Shown here: positions 49,555-58,836 of the stretch, one piece after another
How the letters are laid out: each line of letters opens with the position of its first letter
Numbering within the stretch: the first letter of the stretch is position 1
NCBI GenBank assembly: GCA_025774935.1
Contig: JALGZK010000017.1
Span: 3,308-67,307 of the forward strand
DNA length: 64,000 bases
Reading direction: 5' to 3'
Origin: a bacterium
GTDB taxonomy: Bacteria > Joyebacterota > Joyebacteria > Joyebacterales > Joyebacteraceae
Notes under the pieces: generated by a model
What the model was told of the DNA's origin: nothing
The model's input: only the letters and a program-made list of their open reading frames with translations
Database searches by the model: none
Program-made: the position numbers and the translations under genes

Positions 49555-51408
49555 CTACTCGATCTTGATCGCGTCGAACTTGCAGGACTCGAAGCAGATG
49601 CCGCACTTGATGCACTCGTCCTGGTCGATCGCGTGGACCTTCTTGGGCTCGCCCTCGATGCACTCCTGCGGGCACTTCTTCGCGCATACGGTGCAGCCGG
49701 TGCAGGCGTCGGCGATCACGCTGTACGTGACGAGCGCCTTGCAGACCCCGGCCGGGCAGCGCTTCTCCTCGATGTGCGCGCGGTACTCGTCCTTGAAGTA
49801 CCGGAGGGTCGTCAGGACCGGGTTCTGCGCGGTCGAGCCGAGCTGGCAGAGAGCGGTCTGTTCGAGACCCCACGAGAGGTACTCGAGCTCGTCGATGTGC
49901 CTGGCCTCCCCGTTTCCGTCGCAGATGTCTGAGAGTATCGCGTGCATCTGGCGAAGGCCCTCGCGGCACGGGGTGCACTTCCCGCACGACTCGTCCTTCA
50001 GAAACCCGACGAAGTACTTCGCGATGTCGACCATGCAGTTCCTGTCGTCCATCACGATCATGCCGCCCGAGCCCATCATCGATCCCGCCTCGGTGAGGCG
50101 GTCGAAGTCGACCTCGAGGTCGAGGAGGTCGGCCGGGATGCAGCCCCCGGAGGGCCCTCCCGTCTGGACCGCCTTGAACTCGCGCCCGCCGCGGATGCCG
50201 CCGCCGATGTCGTCGACGATCTCGCGGAGCGTGACGCCCATCGGGACCTCGACGAGACCGGTGTTCACGACTTTGCCCACGAGCGAGAAGATCTTCGTGC
50301 CCTTGCTCCCCTCGGTTCCGATCTCGGCGAACCAGTCTGCGCCCTTGTCGACGATCAGGGGCACGTTCGCCCAAGTCTCGACGTTGTTGAGGACCGTCGG
50401 GCGCATGCGGAGCCCGCGCTCCACCGTGTGGATGTGCTTCGGCCTCGGCTCGCCTGGGCGTCCCTCGATCGACGCCATGAGCGCGGTCGATTCGCCGCAG
50501 ACGAACGCGCCGCCCCCGCGCGCCACCGACACGTCGAACGCGAACCCTGTGCCGAGGATGTTCTCTCCGAGGAGCCCCGCCGCGCGCGCGTCGTCGAGGG
50601 CGCGGGTGAAGTTCGCGACCGCGAGCGGGTACTCCTCGCGGACGTAGATGTAGCCCTCGTTCACTCCGAGGGCGAACGCGCCGATCACCATCCCTTCGAG
50701 GACGCTGTGCGGGTTACCCTCGAGGATGCTCCTGTCCATGTACGCGCCGGGGTCGCCCTCGTCCGCGTTGCAGATGAGGTAGCGCGTGTCCCCGGGCGCC
50801 TTCAGGCACGACTCCCACTTCTTCCCGGTCGGGAAGCCCCCGCCGCCCCTCCCGCGGAGACCTGACGACTTCACGGCCGCCACGATCTCGTCGGGCATCA
50901 TCGAGCCGAGCGCCTTCGCCAGCGGCGCGTATCCACCGATCGCGACGTAGTCCTCGATGCTCGTGGGATCGAGAACGCCGTTCCTGCCGAGGATGAGCCG
51001 CGTCTGGTGCTTGTAGAACGGAACGTCCTCCTCGCGGACGATCTTCTCGCCGGACGCGGAGTCGACGTAGAGGAGCCGCTCGACGAGACCGTCGCCCACG
51101 ACGGATGTTTCGACGACCTCAGGAACGTCCTCGGGCTTGACCTGCTGGTAGAGCGTGCCGCCGGGCTGGATGACGACGAGCGGTCCCCTCTCGCAGAACC
51201 CGTGGCACCCCGTCGTCAGCACGCGGACCTTCGACGCGAGGCCTCGCGATTCGACCTCCTCACGGAACGCCTCCGCGACCTTCCCGCCGCCGCATGCGAT
51301 GCAGCCGGTACCGCAGCAGACCGCGACCACGCGCGCGCCCGGATCCCGCTCCTTCAGGATCTCCTTCCGCGCCTTGTCGAGGTCTGCGATGTCCTTGACG
51401 TGCCTCAT
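49555..51408 (-). CDS. NuoF/HydB-like FMN/NADH-binding subunit
   Basis: N-terminal CCGTGC...CHGFC [2Fe-2S]; GLRGRGGGGFPTG; NADEGDPG; GGPSGG; ESCGKCTPCREG; C-terminal 2x[4Fe-4S]. Confidence 0.93.
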   Translation of the reverse strand: MRHVKDIADLDKARKEILKERDPGARVVAVCCGTGCIACGGGKVAEAFREEVESRGLASKVRVLTTGCHGFCERGPLVVIQPGGTLYQQVKPEDVPEVVETSVVGDGLVERLLYVDSASGEKIVREEDVPFYKHQTRLILGRNGVLDPTSIEDYVAIGGYAPLAKALGSMMPDEIVAAVKSSGLRGRGGGGFPTGKKWESCLKAPGDTRYLICNADEGDPGAYMDRSILEGNPHSVLEGMVIGAFALGVNEGYIYVREEYPLAVANFTRALDDARAAGLLGENILGTGFAFDVSVARGGGAFVCGESTALMASIEGRPGEPRPKHIHTVERGLRMRPTVLNNVETWANVPLIVDKGADWFAEIGTEGSKGTKIFSLVGKVVNTGLVEVPMGVTLREIVDDIGGGIRGGREFKAVQTGGPSGGCIPADLLDLEVDFDRLTEAGSMMGSGGMIVMDDRNCMVDIAKYFVGFLKDESCGKCTPCREGLRQMHAILSDICDGNGEARHIDELEYLSWGLEQTALCQLGSTAQNPVLTTLRYFKDEYRAHIEEKRCPAGVCKALVTYSVIADACTGCTVCAKKCPQECIEGEPKKVHAIDQDECIKCGICFESCKFDAIKIE

Positions 51409-51457
51409 GCTGTTCCTTCCGTGTGGTCTGTCGTCCGCCGCCCGGACGGAGCGCTGG

Positions 51458-52801
51458 TCACGCGCCCGCGTGGGCCGCGAAGACGTCGTCGGTCCCACCG
51501 GGTGCCACGGAGTGGTACTCGTTGTCCATCACGACCACCGGGCCGAGCGCGCAGCATCCCAGGCAGTTCACCGTGAGAAGAGTGTAGGCGAGGTCGTCGG
51601 TCGTCTCTCCCGGACCGATCCCGAGCCGGCGCTCTAACTCTTCGAGCACGCGCACCGCGCCGCGCGCGTGGCAGGCGGTGCCCATGCAGACCTTGATGAT
51701 CTGTTTCCCGCGAGGCTCGAGGCTGAACGAGGTGTAGAACGACGCCACGTGGTAGATCGTCGCCGGCGGGATGCCGAGCCGGAACGACACGTACTTGAGC
51801 GCGTCGACCGGCAGGTAGTTGTACTCGATGTTCACGTCCTGGAGGATCTGGATGAGCTCCTCCGCGTCTGCGCCGTGCTCCGCGATGATCTCGTCGAGCT
51901 TCCCCCGGTCTCCATCCGCGAGGTCGCGTGGGATGCCCGGCGGCTCGCGGAGCTGCGGCACGTTCCTAATCGGACACTCGGCGTAGCAGAGCCCGCAGTT
52001 CGTGCACTTGTCGATGTCGACGTAGCGCGCCTTCCTCGTGATGGTCGCCGTGAAGTTCCCGATGTACCCCTCGGTCTCCTTGATCTCGGAGTAGGTCATG
52101 AGGTCGATGTTCGGGTGCCTCCCTGCGTCGACCATCTTCGGGGTCAGGATGCAGGCCGAGCAGTCGAGCGTCGGGAACGTCTTGTCCAGCTGCGCCATGC
52201 GTCCGCCGATCGTCGCGTCCTTCTCGACGAGGTGGACGCGGTACCCCGCCTCGGCGATGTCGAGCGCGGACTGGATGCCCGCGATGCCGCCGCCCACGAC
52301 CAGCGCCTCCGGGATGACGGGGACCTCCCGCTCGATGAGGGGCTTCAAGTGCGTCGCCCGCGCGGCCGCGGCCCGGACGAGGTCGATCGCCTTCTCGGTC
52401 GCCGCCTCCGGGTCCTCGGTGATCCACGAGCACTGCTCGCGGATGTTGGCCATATCGAAGAGGTACTGGTTCACGCCGGCGTCGGCGAGGGCCGCCCGGA
52501 AGGTCGGCTCGTGCATCCTCGGAGAGCACGCGGCGACAACGACCGCCGTGAGATCGTTCTTCTCGATGTCTTCCTTGATGAGCGTCTGGCCGGGGTCGGA
52601 GCACATGTACGGGTAGGTCTTCGAGACGACGACGTTCGGGAACGTCGACGCGACCTCCGCCACCCTCCTCACGTCAACCATGTAGGCGATGTTGATCCCG
52701 CAGTGGCAGACGTAGACGCCGACCCTGGGTTCCCTCTCGAGAGCGGGCCCGGCGTTTCTCGTCCCGCCGCCTTCCGCCGGCGAGCGGTCTTCCTTGGCCA
52801 T
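51458..52801 (-). CDS. Fusion: N-terminal half of HdrA plus NuoE/HydC-like [2Fe-2S] domain
   Basis: VGVYVCHCG, AACSPRMHE, NIREQCSW, GGGIAG, TFPTLDCSACILTPKM, CTNCGLCYAECP; then LIQILQDV...VASFY...CMGTACH...CLGCCALGP. Confidence 0.9.
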   Translation of the reverse strand: MAKEDRSPAEGGGTRNAGPALEREPRVGVYVCHCGINIAYMVDVRRVAEVASTFPNVVVSKTYPYMCSDPGQTLIKEDIEKNDLTAVVVAACSPRMHEPTFRAALADAGVNQYLFDMANIREQCSWITEDPEAATEKAIDLVRAAAARATHLKPLIEREVPVIPEALVVGGGIAGIQSALDIAEAGYRVHLVEKDATIGGRMAQLDKTFPTLDCSACILTPKMVDAGRHPNIDLMTYSEIKETEGYIGNFTATITRKARYVDIDKCTNCGLCYAECPIRNVPQLREPPGIPRDLADGDRGKLDEIIAEHGADAEELIQILQDVNIEYNYLPVDALKYVSFRLGIPPATIYHVASFYTSFSLEPRGKQIIKVCMGTACHARGAVRVLEELERRLGIGPGETTDDLAYTLLTVNCLGCCALGPVVVMDNEYHSVAPGGTDDVFAAHAGA

Positions 52802-52837
52802 TCGTGTCTCCTTCGAAGCGCGAAGGCCGCGCCCGTT

Positions 52838-53812
52838 CTAGGCGCGGAGCTCGGTGATCTTCTCGGTCAGGGCCGGAACGACCTTCATGAGGTCGCCCAC
52901 GATGCCGTAGTGCGCCGCCTGGAAGATGGGGGCCTTCGGGTCCTTGTTGATCGCGACGATGGTCTCGGCGGACTTCATGCCGGCCACGTGCTGGAACTGC
53001 CCGGAGACGCCGATCGCGACGTAGAGTTTCGGCTTGACGGTCTTCCCGGACGAACCGACCTGACGGTCCTTCGGGAGCCACCCGGCGTCGACGACTGGGC
53101 GCGAGCACGCGACGACCCCGCCCAGGAGCTCGGCGAGGCCGGTGATCAAGGGCATGTTCTCCTCTTCCTTGATCCCTCGGCCGATGGCGATGACCACGTC
53201 CGACTTCGTGATGTCGACCTCGCCCGCGGCGGCCTCGACGTACTCGACGAACCGGCGGAACGCGGGCTCATCGGGGACCTCGGTGTCGAGGGCAACGACG
53301 CTCCCGCCGCGCGAGGCCTCCTCCGGTGCGAAGGCGGCGGGTCGAACCGTCACGAGGCTGATCGCGGCGCCGCCGAACCCCACCCGCTCGTTGACCTTCC
53401 CGCCGTACGTCTGCCGGGTCCCCACGAGGTCGGACCCTTCGACCGCGAGGTCGATGACGTCTGACGCGAGCGGGGCGTCGAGCGCGACCGCGAGGCTGGG
53501 AGCCAGGTCGACGCCGAACGCGGTGTGGCCGATCATAACGACCGACGGCTCCCGCCCCCGGATGACGTCGGCCAGAACCGGCTGATAGACTGCCGAGTTG
53601 TAGTGCGCGAACCCATCGTGATCGCGGACGAGGACCTCGTCGGCCTGCTGCGCGAGCCTCTCCGCGAGATCGCCAACGCCCGATCCGAGAAGGACCGCGG
53701 CGACCTTCGTCCCGGACGCGTCGGCCACTCCCCTCGCGTGCGCGAGCATCTCGAAGGTCACGTCCTTGAGTTCGCCGTTCAGGTGTTCAGCGAGGACAAG
53801 CACGTCGTTCAT
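52838..53812 (-). CDS. etfA: Electron transfer flavoprotein alpha subunit
   Basis: [32 protein letters not shown]. Confidence 0.95.
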   Translation of the reverse strand: MNDVLVLAEHLNGELKDVTFEMLAHARGVADASGTKVAAVLLGSGVGDLAERLAQQADEVLVRDHDGFAHYNSAVYQPVLADVIRGREPSVVMIGHTAFGVDLAPSLAVALDAPLASDVIDLAVEGSDLVGTRQTYGGKVNERVGFGGAAISLVTVRPAAFAPEEASRGGSVVALDTEVPDEPAFRRFVEYVEAAAGEVDITKSDVVIAIGRGIKEEENMPLITGLAELLGGVVACSRPVVDAGWLPKDRQVGSSGKTVKPKLYVAIGVSGQFQHVAGMKSAETIVAINKDPKAPIFQAAHYGIVGDLMKVVPALTEKITELRA

Positions 53813-54601
53813 CTACGCGAATCCCTTCTCTTTGAGAACGTCGGCAAGCTTCGTGGACGCCTCGGCGGGCGTCCCGTCGAGGATCTCCGCACCCTCGCCG
53901 GCCGGCGGGTAGTCGAGTCCAAGGAGCGTCGTCTTCGAGCCCGCCTTCCCGGCCTCGGCGGTGTCGAGACCGAGGTCGGACGCGGCCTTCGTGTCGATGT
54001 CGCGCTTGGCCGCCTTCGCGATCCCCATGATCGAGGCGTAGCGGGGCTCGTTGATGCCGGTCTGGATCGTCACGACGGCGGGGAGCTTGATCTCGAGCTT
54101 CTCCAGGAGCCCGCCCTCGAGCTCGCGTCCGACGGTCACGGCGCCGTCGCCGATCTCCATCTCGGTGACGTACGTGGCGTGCGGCACGCCGAGCATCTCG
54201 GCGAGCGTGACGCCGACCTGGGTCATCCCGTCGTCCGACGCCATGCACCCTGTGAGAACCAGGTCGTACTCCATCCCGCCGATGGCCTTGGCGAGCGCGT
54301 TCGCCGTCGCCCACGCGTCCCCGCCATCGAACGCCGGGTCAGCGAGGCGGACCGCCTCGGTCGCGCCCTTCGCCATGCACATCCGGAGGACCTCCTCGGA
54401 GGAGTCCGGACCGAGCGTGATCACGGTGACCTCGCCGTCCCTGTCCTCCTTGATGAGGAGCGCCTCCTCGAGCGCGTAGTTGTCGGACTCGTTGATCTGG
54501 AGAGGAAGCCCCTCCATCTCGATGCCGCTCCCGTCTGAGGCGATCCTGACGTCGGCCTCGGCGGTGTCCGGCACCTGTTTCACGCATACGACGATGTTCA
54601 T
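53813..54601 (-). CDS. etfB: Electron transfer flavoprotein beta subunit
   Basis: CVKQVPDT, YALEEAL, RELEGG, INEPRY. Confidence 0.95.
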   Translation of the reverse strand: MNIVVCVKQVPDTAEADVRIASDGSGIEMEGLPLQINESDNYALEEALLIKEDRDGEVTVITLGPDSSEEVLRMCMAKGATEAVRLADPAFDGGDAWATANALAKAIGGMEYDLVLTGCMASDDGMTQVGVTLAEMLGVPHATYVTEMEIGDGAVTVGRELEGGLLEKLEIKLPAVVTIQTGINEPRYASIMGIAKAAKRDIDTKAASDLGLDTAEAGKAGSKTTLLGLDYPPAGEGAEILDGTPAEASTKLADVLKEKGFA

Positions 54602-54659
54602 GCGTTCGGTCTCCTCCTGTCGGGCCGGAGGGGCGAAGAGCCCTCCCGTCCCAGGGCTG

Positions 54660-55781
54660 CTAGAGCGCCATCGCGGCGAGCTCGGCGAGGTCGAGTATCT
54701 CGATCTTCCCCTCGCAGCCACTCGTCTTCACCGCGTCCTCGAGGGTCAGGAGGCAGAACGGACACGCGGTCACGAGTGTGTCCGCTCCGAGCTCGACGGC
54801 GTCCTTGACCCGCGTGTCGGCGAGACGCTCGCCCCTCTCGTCCTCCGCCTCGACCCACATCCTCCCGCCGCCGCCTTCGCAGCAGAGGGCGCGCTCGCGG
54901 GAACGGTCGAGGTCCTCGAACTCGACACCCGAGATGCGTTCGATCACGCTCCGGGGCTCGTCGAAGATCGCGTTGTGCTTCCCGAGGAAGCAGGGGTCGT
55001 GGTACGTCACCTTCCGCTCCACGCTTCCCTTGAACGCGAGCTTCCCTTCGTCGAGAAGCCCCGCGAGGTACTGCGAGTAGTGCACGACCTCGTCCGCGAC
55101 GCCGCCGTACTCGTTCAGGAGCGTGTTCATGCAGTGGGGCGAGCTCGTCACGACCGCGTCGATCGAGTGGCTGGCGAACGCTTCTCGGTTCCCCTCGACG
55201 AGAAGCTCGAAGAGCCCCTCCTCTCCCATCCGCTTGACCTCGTTCCCGCAGCACGACTCGGCTGCGCCCAGGGTCGAGTAGCCGACGCCGGCCGCCTCGT
55301 AGAGACGGACGAGCGCCCGGGCGACGTCCTGGCACCGGGGATCGTAGGCCGGCGTGCACCCGACGTACCAGAGGAGCGGGACGGCGTCGCCGTCTCCCGC
55401 GACCGGAACGTCGAGTTCGTCTGCCCACTCGGTCCTCTTCTCCCTGCCCCGGCCCCACGGGTTCCCGTGCTTGAACGTGCTCTCGAGCGCGTCCCTGATC
55501 GTAGGCGAGACCTTCCCCCGCTCGATCGAGGAACCGCGAAGCCCAATCAGAAGTTCCATGGGCTTCACGCCCTTCGGGCAGCGCTCCGTGCACGTCGCGC
55601 ACGTGGTGCAGCTCCAGGCCTCCGGACGTTCGTGCGCGCCCTTCGGGGCCGGCCCGATGAGCCCGTCGTAGACGACCTTCCGCACATTCAGATACGTGCG
55701 GAGCGACACCGGGCAACCCGCCGTGCACCTCCCGCACTGGATGCAGCCGAGGAGCTCGTACTTGTCAGCAAGTGATGGCAT
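54660..55781 (-). CDS. HdrD/GlpC-like Fe-S oxidoreductase (2x[4Fe-4S] plus two CCG domains), apparently soluble
   Basis: CIQCGRCTAGCP, CTTCATCTERCP, ESCCG, YHDPC, CCEGGGG, ACPFC. Confidence 0.9.
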   Translation of the reverse strand: MPSLADKYELLGCIQCGRCTAGCPVSLRTYLNVRKVVYDGLIGPAPKGAHERPEAWSCTTCATCTERCPKGVKPMELLIGLRGSSIERGKVSPTIRDALESTFKHGNPWGRGREKRTEWADELDVPVAGDGDAVPLLWYVGCTPAYDPRCQDVARALVRLYEAAGVGYSTLGAAESCCGNEVKRMGEEGLFELLVEGNREAFASHSIDAVVTSSPHCMNTLLNEYGGVADEVVHYSQYLAGLLDEGKLAFKGSVERKVTYHDPCFLGKHNAIFDEPRSVIERISGVEFEDLDRSRERALCCEGGGGRMWVEAEDERGERLADTRVKDAVELGADTLVTACPFCLLTLEDAVKTSGCEGKIEILDLAELAAMAL

Positions 55782-55830
55782 GTGTCAGCACCGGTCCTGT
55801 GGTGGTTGCTGTTCGTCCCGCCCGGGCGAG

Positions 55831-56973
55831 CTACTTGAGCTCGTTCCGCGCGATGACGAGCTTCTGGATCTGGCTCGTCCCCTCGTAGATCTCGATGATC
55901 TTCGCGTCCCTGTACATCCTCTCGACGGCGTACTCCTTCGAGTAACCGTAGCCGCCGTGAATCTGGACGGCCTTCCTCGTCACGTCGACCACGATCTCCG
56001 CGGCGAAGTACTTCGCCATCGCGGCCTCGCGCGTGAACCTCTTGGCGCCAGCGTCCTTCATCGAGGCGGACCGGTAGACGAGGAGCCTCGCGGCGTCGAT
56101 CTTGGTCGCCATGTCGGCGATCATGTCCTGGATCATCTCGAACTCGGCGATGGGCTTCCCGAACTGCTGCCGCTCCTTCGCGTACTTCACCGAGGCGTCC
56201 AGGGCGCCCTGCGCGATGCCGACTCCCTGCGCGCCGATGTCGATCCTCGAGACGTCCAGCGTGGTCATGACGACCTTGAACCCCTGCCCCTCCTCACCCA
56301 GCAGGTTCTCCTTCGGGACCATGCAGTCGTCGAAGATGAGTTCGGTGTTGCCGGTGGCGCGGATGCCCATGAGGTTCTCGTGCTTCCCGATCGAGAACCC
56401 CGGGAAGTCCTTCTCGACGATGAAGGTGCTCATCCCCTTGTGCCGGGCGGAAGGGTCGGTGTACGCGAACACGATGAAGAGCCCCGCCGCCTCCGCATTC
56501 GTGATCCAGCACTTCGTCCCGTTCAGCCTGTAGTGGTCGCCCTCGAGGACCGCGGTCGTCTCCATCGACGCGGGGTCCGACCCGGCGTTCGGCTCGGTGA
56601 TGCCGATGGCGCCGAGCGCCTTCCCGGACGCGAGCATCGGGAGGTACTTCTTCTTCTGCTCCTCGGTCCCGAACTGGAAGATCGGGAACGTGGCGAGCGA
56701 GTTATTCACCGCGGTGATCACGCCGGTCGAAGCGCAGACCCGCGAGATCTCCTCGACGATGATCGCGAGCGTGGTGAAGTCCATTCCCGCTCCGCCGTAC
56801 TCCTCGGGAATCACGACGCCGAGGAGCCCCAGCTCCGCCATCTTCTTCATGGTCGCGTGAGGGAACTCGCGAGACTCGTCGATCTCCGCGGCGATGGGCT
56901 CGATCTCGTTCATGGCGAACTCGCGCACCATGTCGCGGACCATCTTTTGGTCCTGGCTCAAGCTGAAGTCCAT
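55831..56973 (-). CDS. Acyl-CoA dehydrogenase (butyryl-/short branched-chain type)
   Basis: TEPNAGSD, GTKCWITN, QIHGGYGY, EIYEGTSQIQ. Confidence 0.93.
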   Translation of the reverse strand: MDFSLSQDQKMVRDMVREFAMNEIEPIAAEIDESREFPHATMKKMAELGLLGVVIPEEYGGAGMDFTTLAIIVEEISRVCASTGVITAVNNSLATFPIFQFGTEEQKKKYLPMLASGKALGAIGITEPNAGSDPASMETTAVLEGDHYRLNGTKCWITNAEAAGLFIVFAYTDPSARHKGMSTFIVEKDFPGFSIGKHENLMGIRATGNTELIFDDCMVPKENLLGEEGQGFKVVMTTLDVSRIDIGAQGVGIAQGALDASVKYAKERQQFGKPIAEFEMIQDMIADMATKIDAARLLVYRSASMKDAGAKRFTREAAMAKYFAAEIVVDVTRKAVQIHGGYGYSKEYAVERMYRDAKIIEIYEGTSQIQKLVIARNELK

Positions 56974-57015
56974 TCCCTCGGGCTCCTTTCGTTTCCCGTG
57001 GAGGCGGACCGCGGT

Positions 57016-57987
57016 CTACTCGCCGCGCCCGCCCGAGCCGATCCTGTCGAGTACGTCCCTTGCGATCTCGTAGGGGGAACGGTGTCCCCTCGTAACGTCT
57101 CCCACCATTCCGTCGAGGCCGGCCTCGCCTCCCATCCGTTCGAGCAGCTGGCGTTCGAGAGCGTCGACCACGATCGCGCGGACCTGCGACTTGAAGTGCG
57201 CGCGGCGCCGCTCCTCGAAGAGCCCCGCCGACTTGAGGAACTCGCGGTGCGACTCGATGGCGGCCGCGAGCTCGGGGATGCCGTCGCCGGTCGTGGCCGT
57301 CGTCTGGACCACCGGGGGCGACCAGCCTGTGCCCTCGTCCTTGAGCGAGAGCATCGACTGAAGCTCCGCGACAGTCATCTCGGCGCCCTCGCGGTCCGCC
57401 TTGTTGACGACGAAGACCTCCCCGATCTCCATGAGCCCGGCCTTCATCGCCTGGATGCTGTCGCCCGACTCGGGCACGAGCACGATGACCGTCGTATCCG
57501 CGGCCTCCGCGATGTCGAGCTCCGACTGCCCGACCCCCACGGTTTCGAGGATGACGAAGTCGAGCCCGTAGGCGTCCATCGCGGCGGCGACGCTGGGGGC
57601 CGCTCGGGAGAGCCCCCCGAGCCCCCCTCGGGTCGCCATGCTCCTGATGAAGACACCCTCGCGGGTGCCGAGGCGCTGCATCCTGATGCGGTCGCCCAGG
57701 AGCGCCCCGCCGGTGAACGGGCTCGTCGGGTCGACGGCCACGATGCCGACGGAGCCCCCTGCGTCGAGATAGTGCCCTGTGAGCCCGTCGACGAGCGTGC
57801 TCTTGCCCGCCCCGGGCGGACCCGAGATCCCGATCCGGTAGGCGGAGCCGACGCTCGGGTAGACGGCATCGAGAAGCGCGTAGCCGCGTTCGTCCTCGTC
57901 CTCGATCCAGGAGATCGCTCTCGCGAGCGCGACGGTGTCTCCGCTCAACACCCGCTCGACGAGAACGTCGACGGCAACGTCCCTCAC
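57016..57987 (-). CDS. meaB: Mutase chaperone GTPase MeaB
   Basis: GPPGAGKST, VDPTSPFTGGALLGDRIRM, ETVGVGQSE, NKAD. Confidence 0.95.
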   Translation of the reverse strand: MRDVAVDVLVERVLSGDTVALARAISWIEDEDERGYALLDAVYPSVGSAYRIGISGPPGAGKSTLVDGLTGHYLDAGGSVGIVAVDPTSPFTGGALLGDRIRMQRLGTREGVFIRSMATRGGLGGLSRAAPSVAAAMDAYGLDFVILETVGVGQSELDIAEAADTTVIVLVPESGDSIQAMKAGLMEIGEVFVVNKADREGAEMTVAELQSMLSLKDEGTGWSPPVVQTTATTGDGIPELAAAIESHREFLKSAGLFEERRRAHFKSQVRAIVVDALERQLLERMGGEAGLDGMVGDVTRGHRSPYEIARDVLDRIGSGGRGE

Positions 57988-58024
57988 GTCGTCCCCCTCG
58001 GCCCGCCCTCTCGGCGGGCGCGGG

Positions 58025-58552
58025 TTAGAACTCGATCCCCTCGCGCGCCTCGACACCGGCGTCGTAGTGGTGCTTGATCTTCAGCACCTCACTCACGAGG
58101 TCGGCCACCATCACGATCTCCGGATGCGCCGACCGACCCGTGAGGACGAGCTCGACGTGCGGGGGGCGTTCCCCGATCAGCTCCAGCACCTGCTTCAGGC
58201 TGACGAGACCGAAGTCGAGGGCGACGTTGATCTCGTCGAGAACGACGAGGTCGTGCTCGCCGCCCGTGATGACCTCGCGCGCCCTCGCCAGGCCGGCCTG
58301 GGCGAGATCGACGTCGACCTGCGGCGGGTTCTGCTTGTCGACGAACTCGTCGCGGCCGGACTGCTCGATGACGAACCCCGACAGGGCGCGAGCCGAGTCG
58401 AGCTCCCCGTAGTTCGAGCTTCCCTTCATGAACTGGATCACGTAGACGCTGAGCCCGTGGCCGACGGCGCGGAGGGCCAGACCGAGCGCGGCGGTCGTCT
58501 TGCCCTTCCCGTCGCCGGTATAGACCTGCACGGTTCCGTGCCTCTCCGGCAC
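58025..58552 (-). CDS. cobO: Cob(I)alamin adenosyltransferase (CobO/BtuR)
   Basis: YTGDGKGKTTAA, LDEIN, VLTGR, GIEF. Confidence 0.94.
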   Translation of the reverse strand: MPERHGTVQVYTGDGKGKTTAALGLALRAVGHGLSVYVIQFMKGSSNYGELDSARALSGFVIEQSGRDEFVDKQNPPQVDVDLAQAGLARAREVITGGEHDLVVLDEINVALDFGLVSLKQVLELIGERPPHVELVLTGRSAHPEIVMVADLVSEVLKIKHHYDAGVEAREGIEF

Positions 58553-58667
58553 AGGCGCCTCCAGGAACGGGGTGGCTATCCGGCCTCAGAAGGCCTGGGA
58601 CTCGTTATCCGAGACGCGCGGGCGTCGGCGGGCGCCCGCGCGGGATGGCATGCTCTAGAGCCCCGAA

Positions 58668-58696
58668 ATACTATCAGAAGCGGCGATTCCCGTCAA
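58668..58696 (-). promoter_or_regulatory. Sigma70 promoter at the head of the ~39-kb acyl-CoA cluster
   Basis: TTGACG-17 nt-TAGTAT with extended -10 TG. Confidence 0.6.
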
Positions 58697-58806
58697 GAAG
58701 GAGTCCCATCTCCCCCCCCGGGCCGCGGGGACGTGCCCGATCGGCGACCATCGGCCGTTCTATGAATCTCTGTTCACTAGATTGTGCGAAGATGTCGAAA
58801 AAGTCC

Positions 58807-58836
58807 TTGCCATCCGGAGTCTGGAAGTGGTATGAT
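58807..58836 (+). promoter_or_regulatory. Divergent sigma70 promoter for the 59123 gene
   Basis: TTGCCA-18 nt-TATGAT with extended -10 TG. Confidence 0.6.

Noticed and set aside
49555..51408. Respiratory complex I or [FeFe]-hydrogenase operon
   Set aside because: No membrane nuo genes and no H-cluster domain; the NuoE- and NuoG-like parts are fused to HdrA halves.
58553..58667. Cobalamin riboswitch upstream of cobO; T-box upstream of ileS
   Set aside because: No B12-box or T-box consensus was visible, and the leaders are short.
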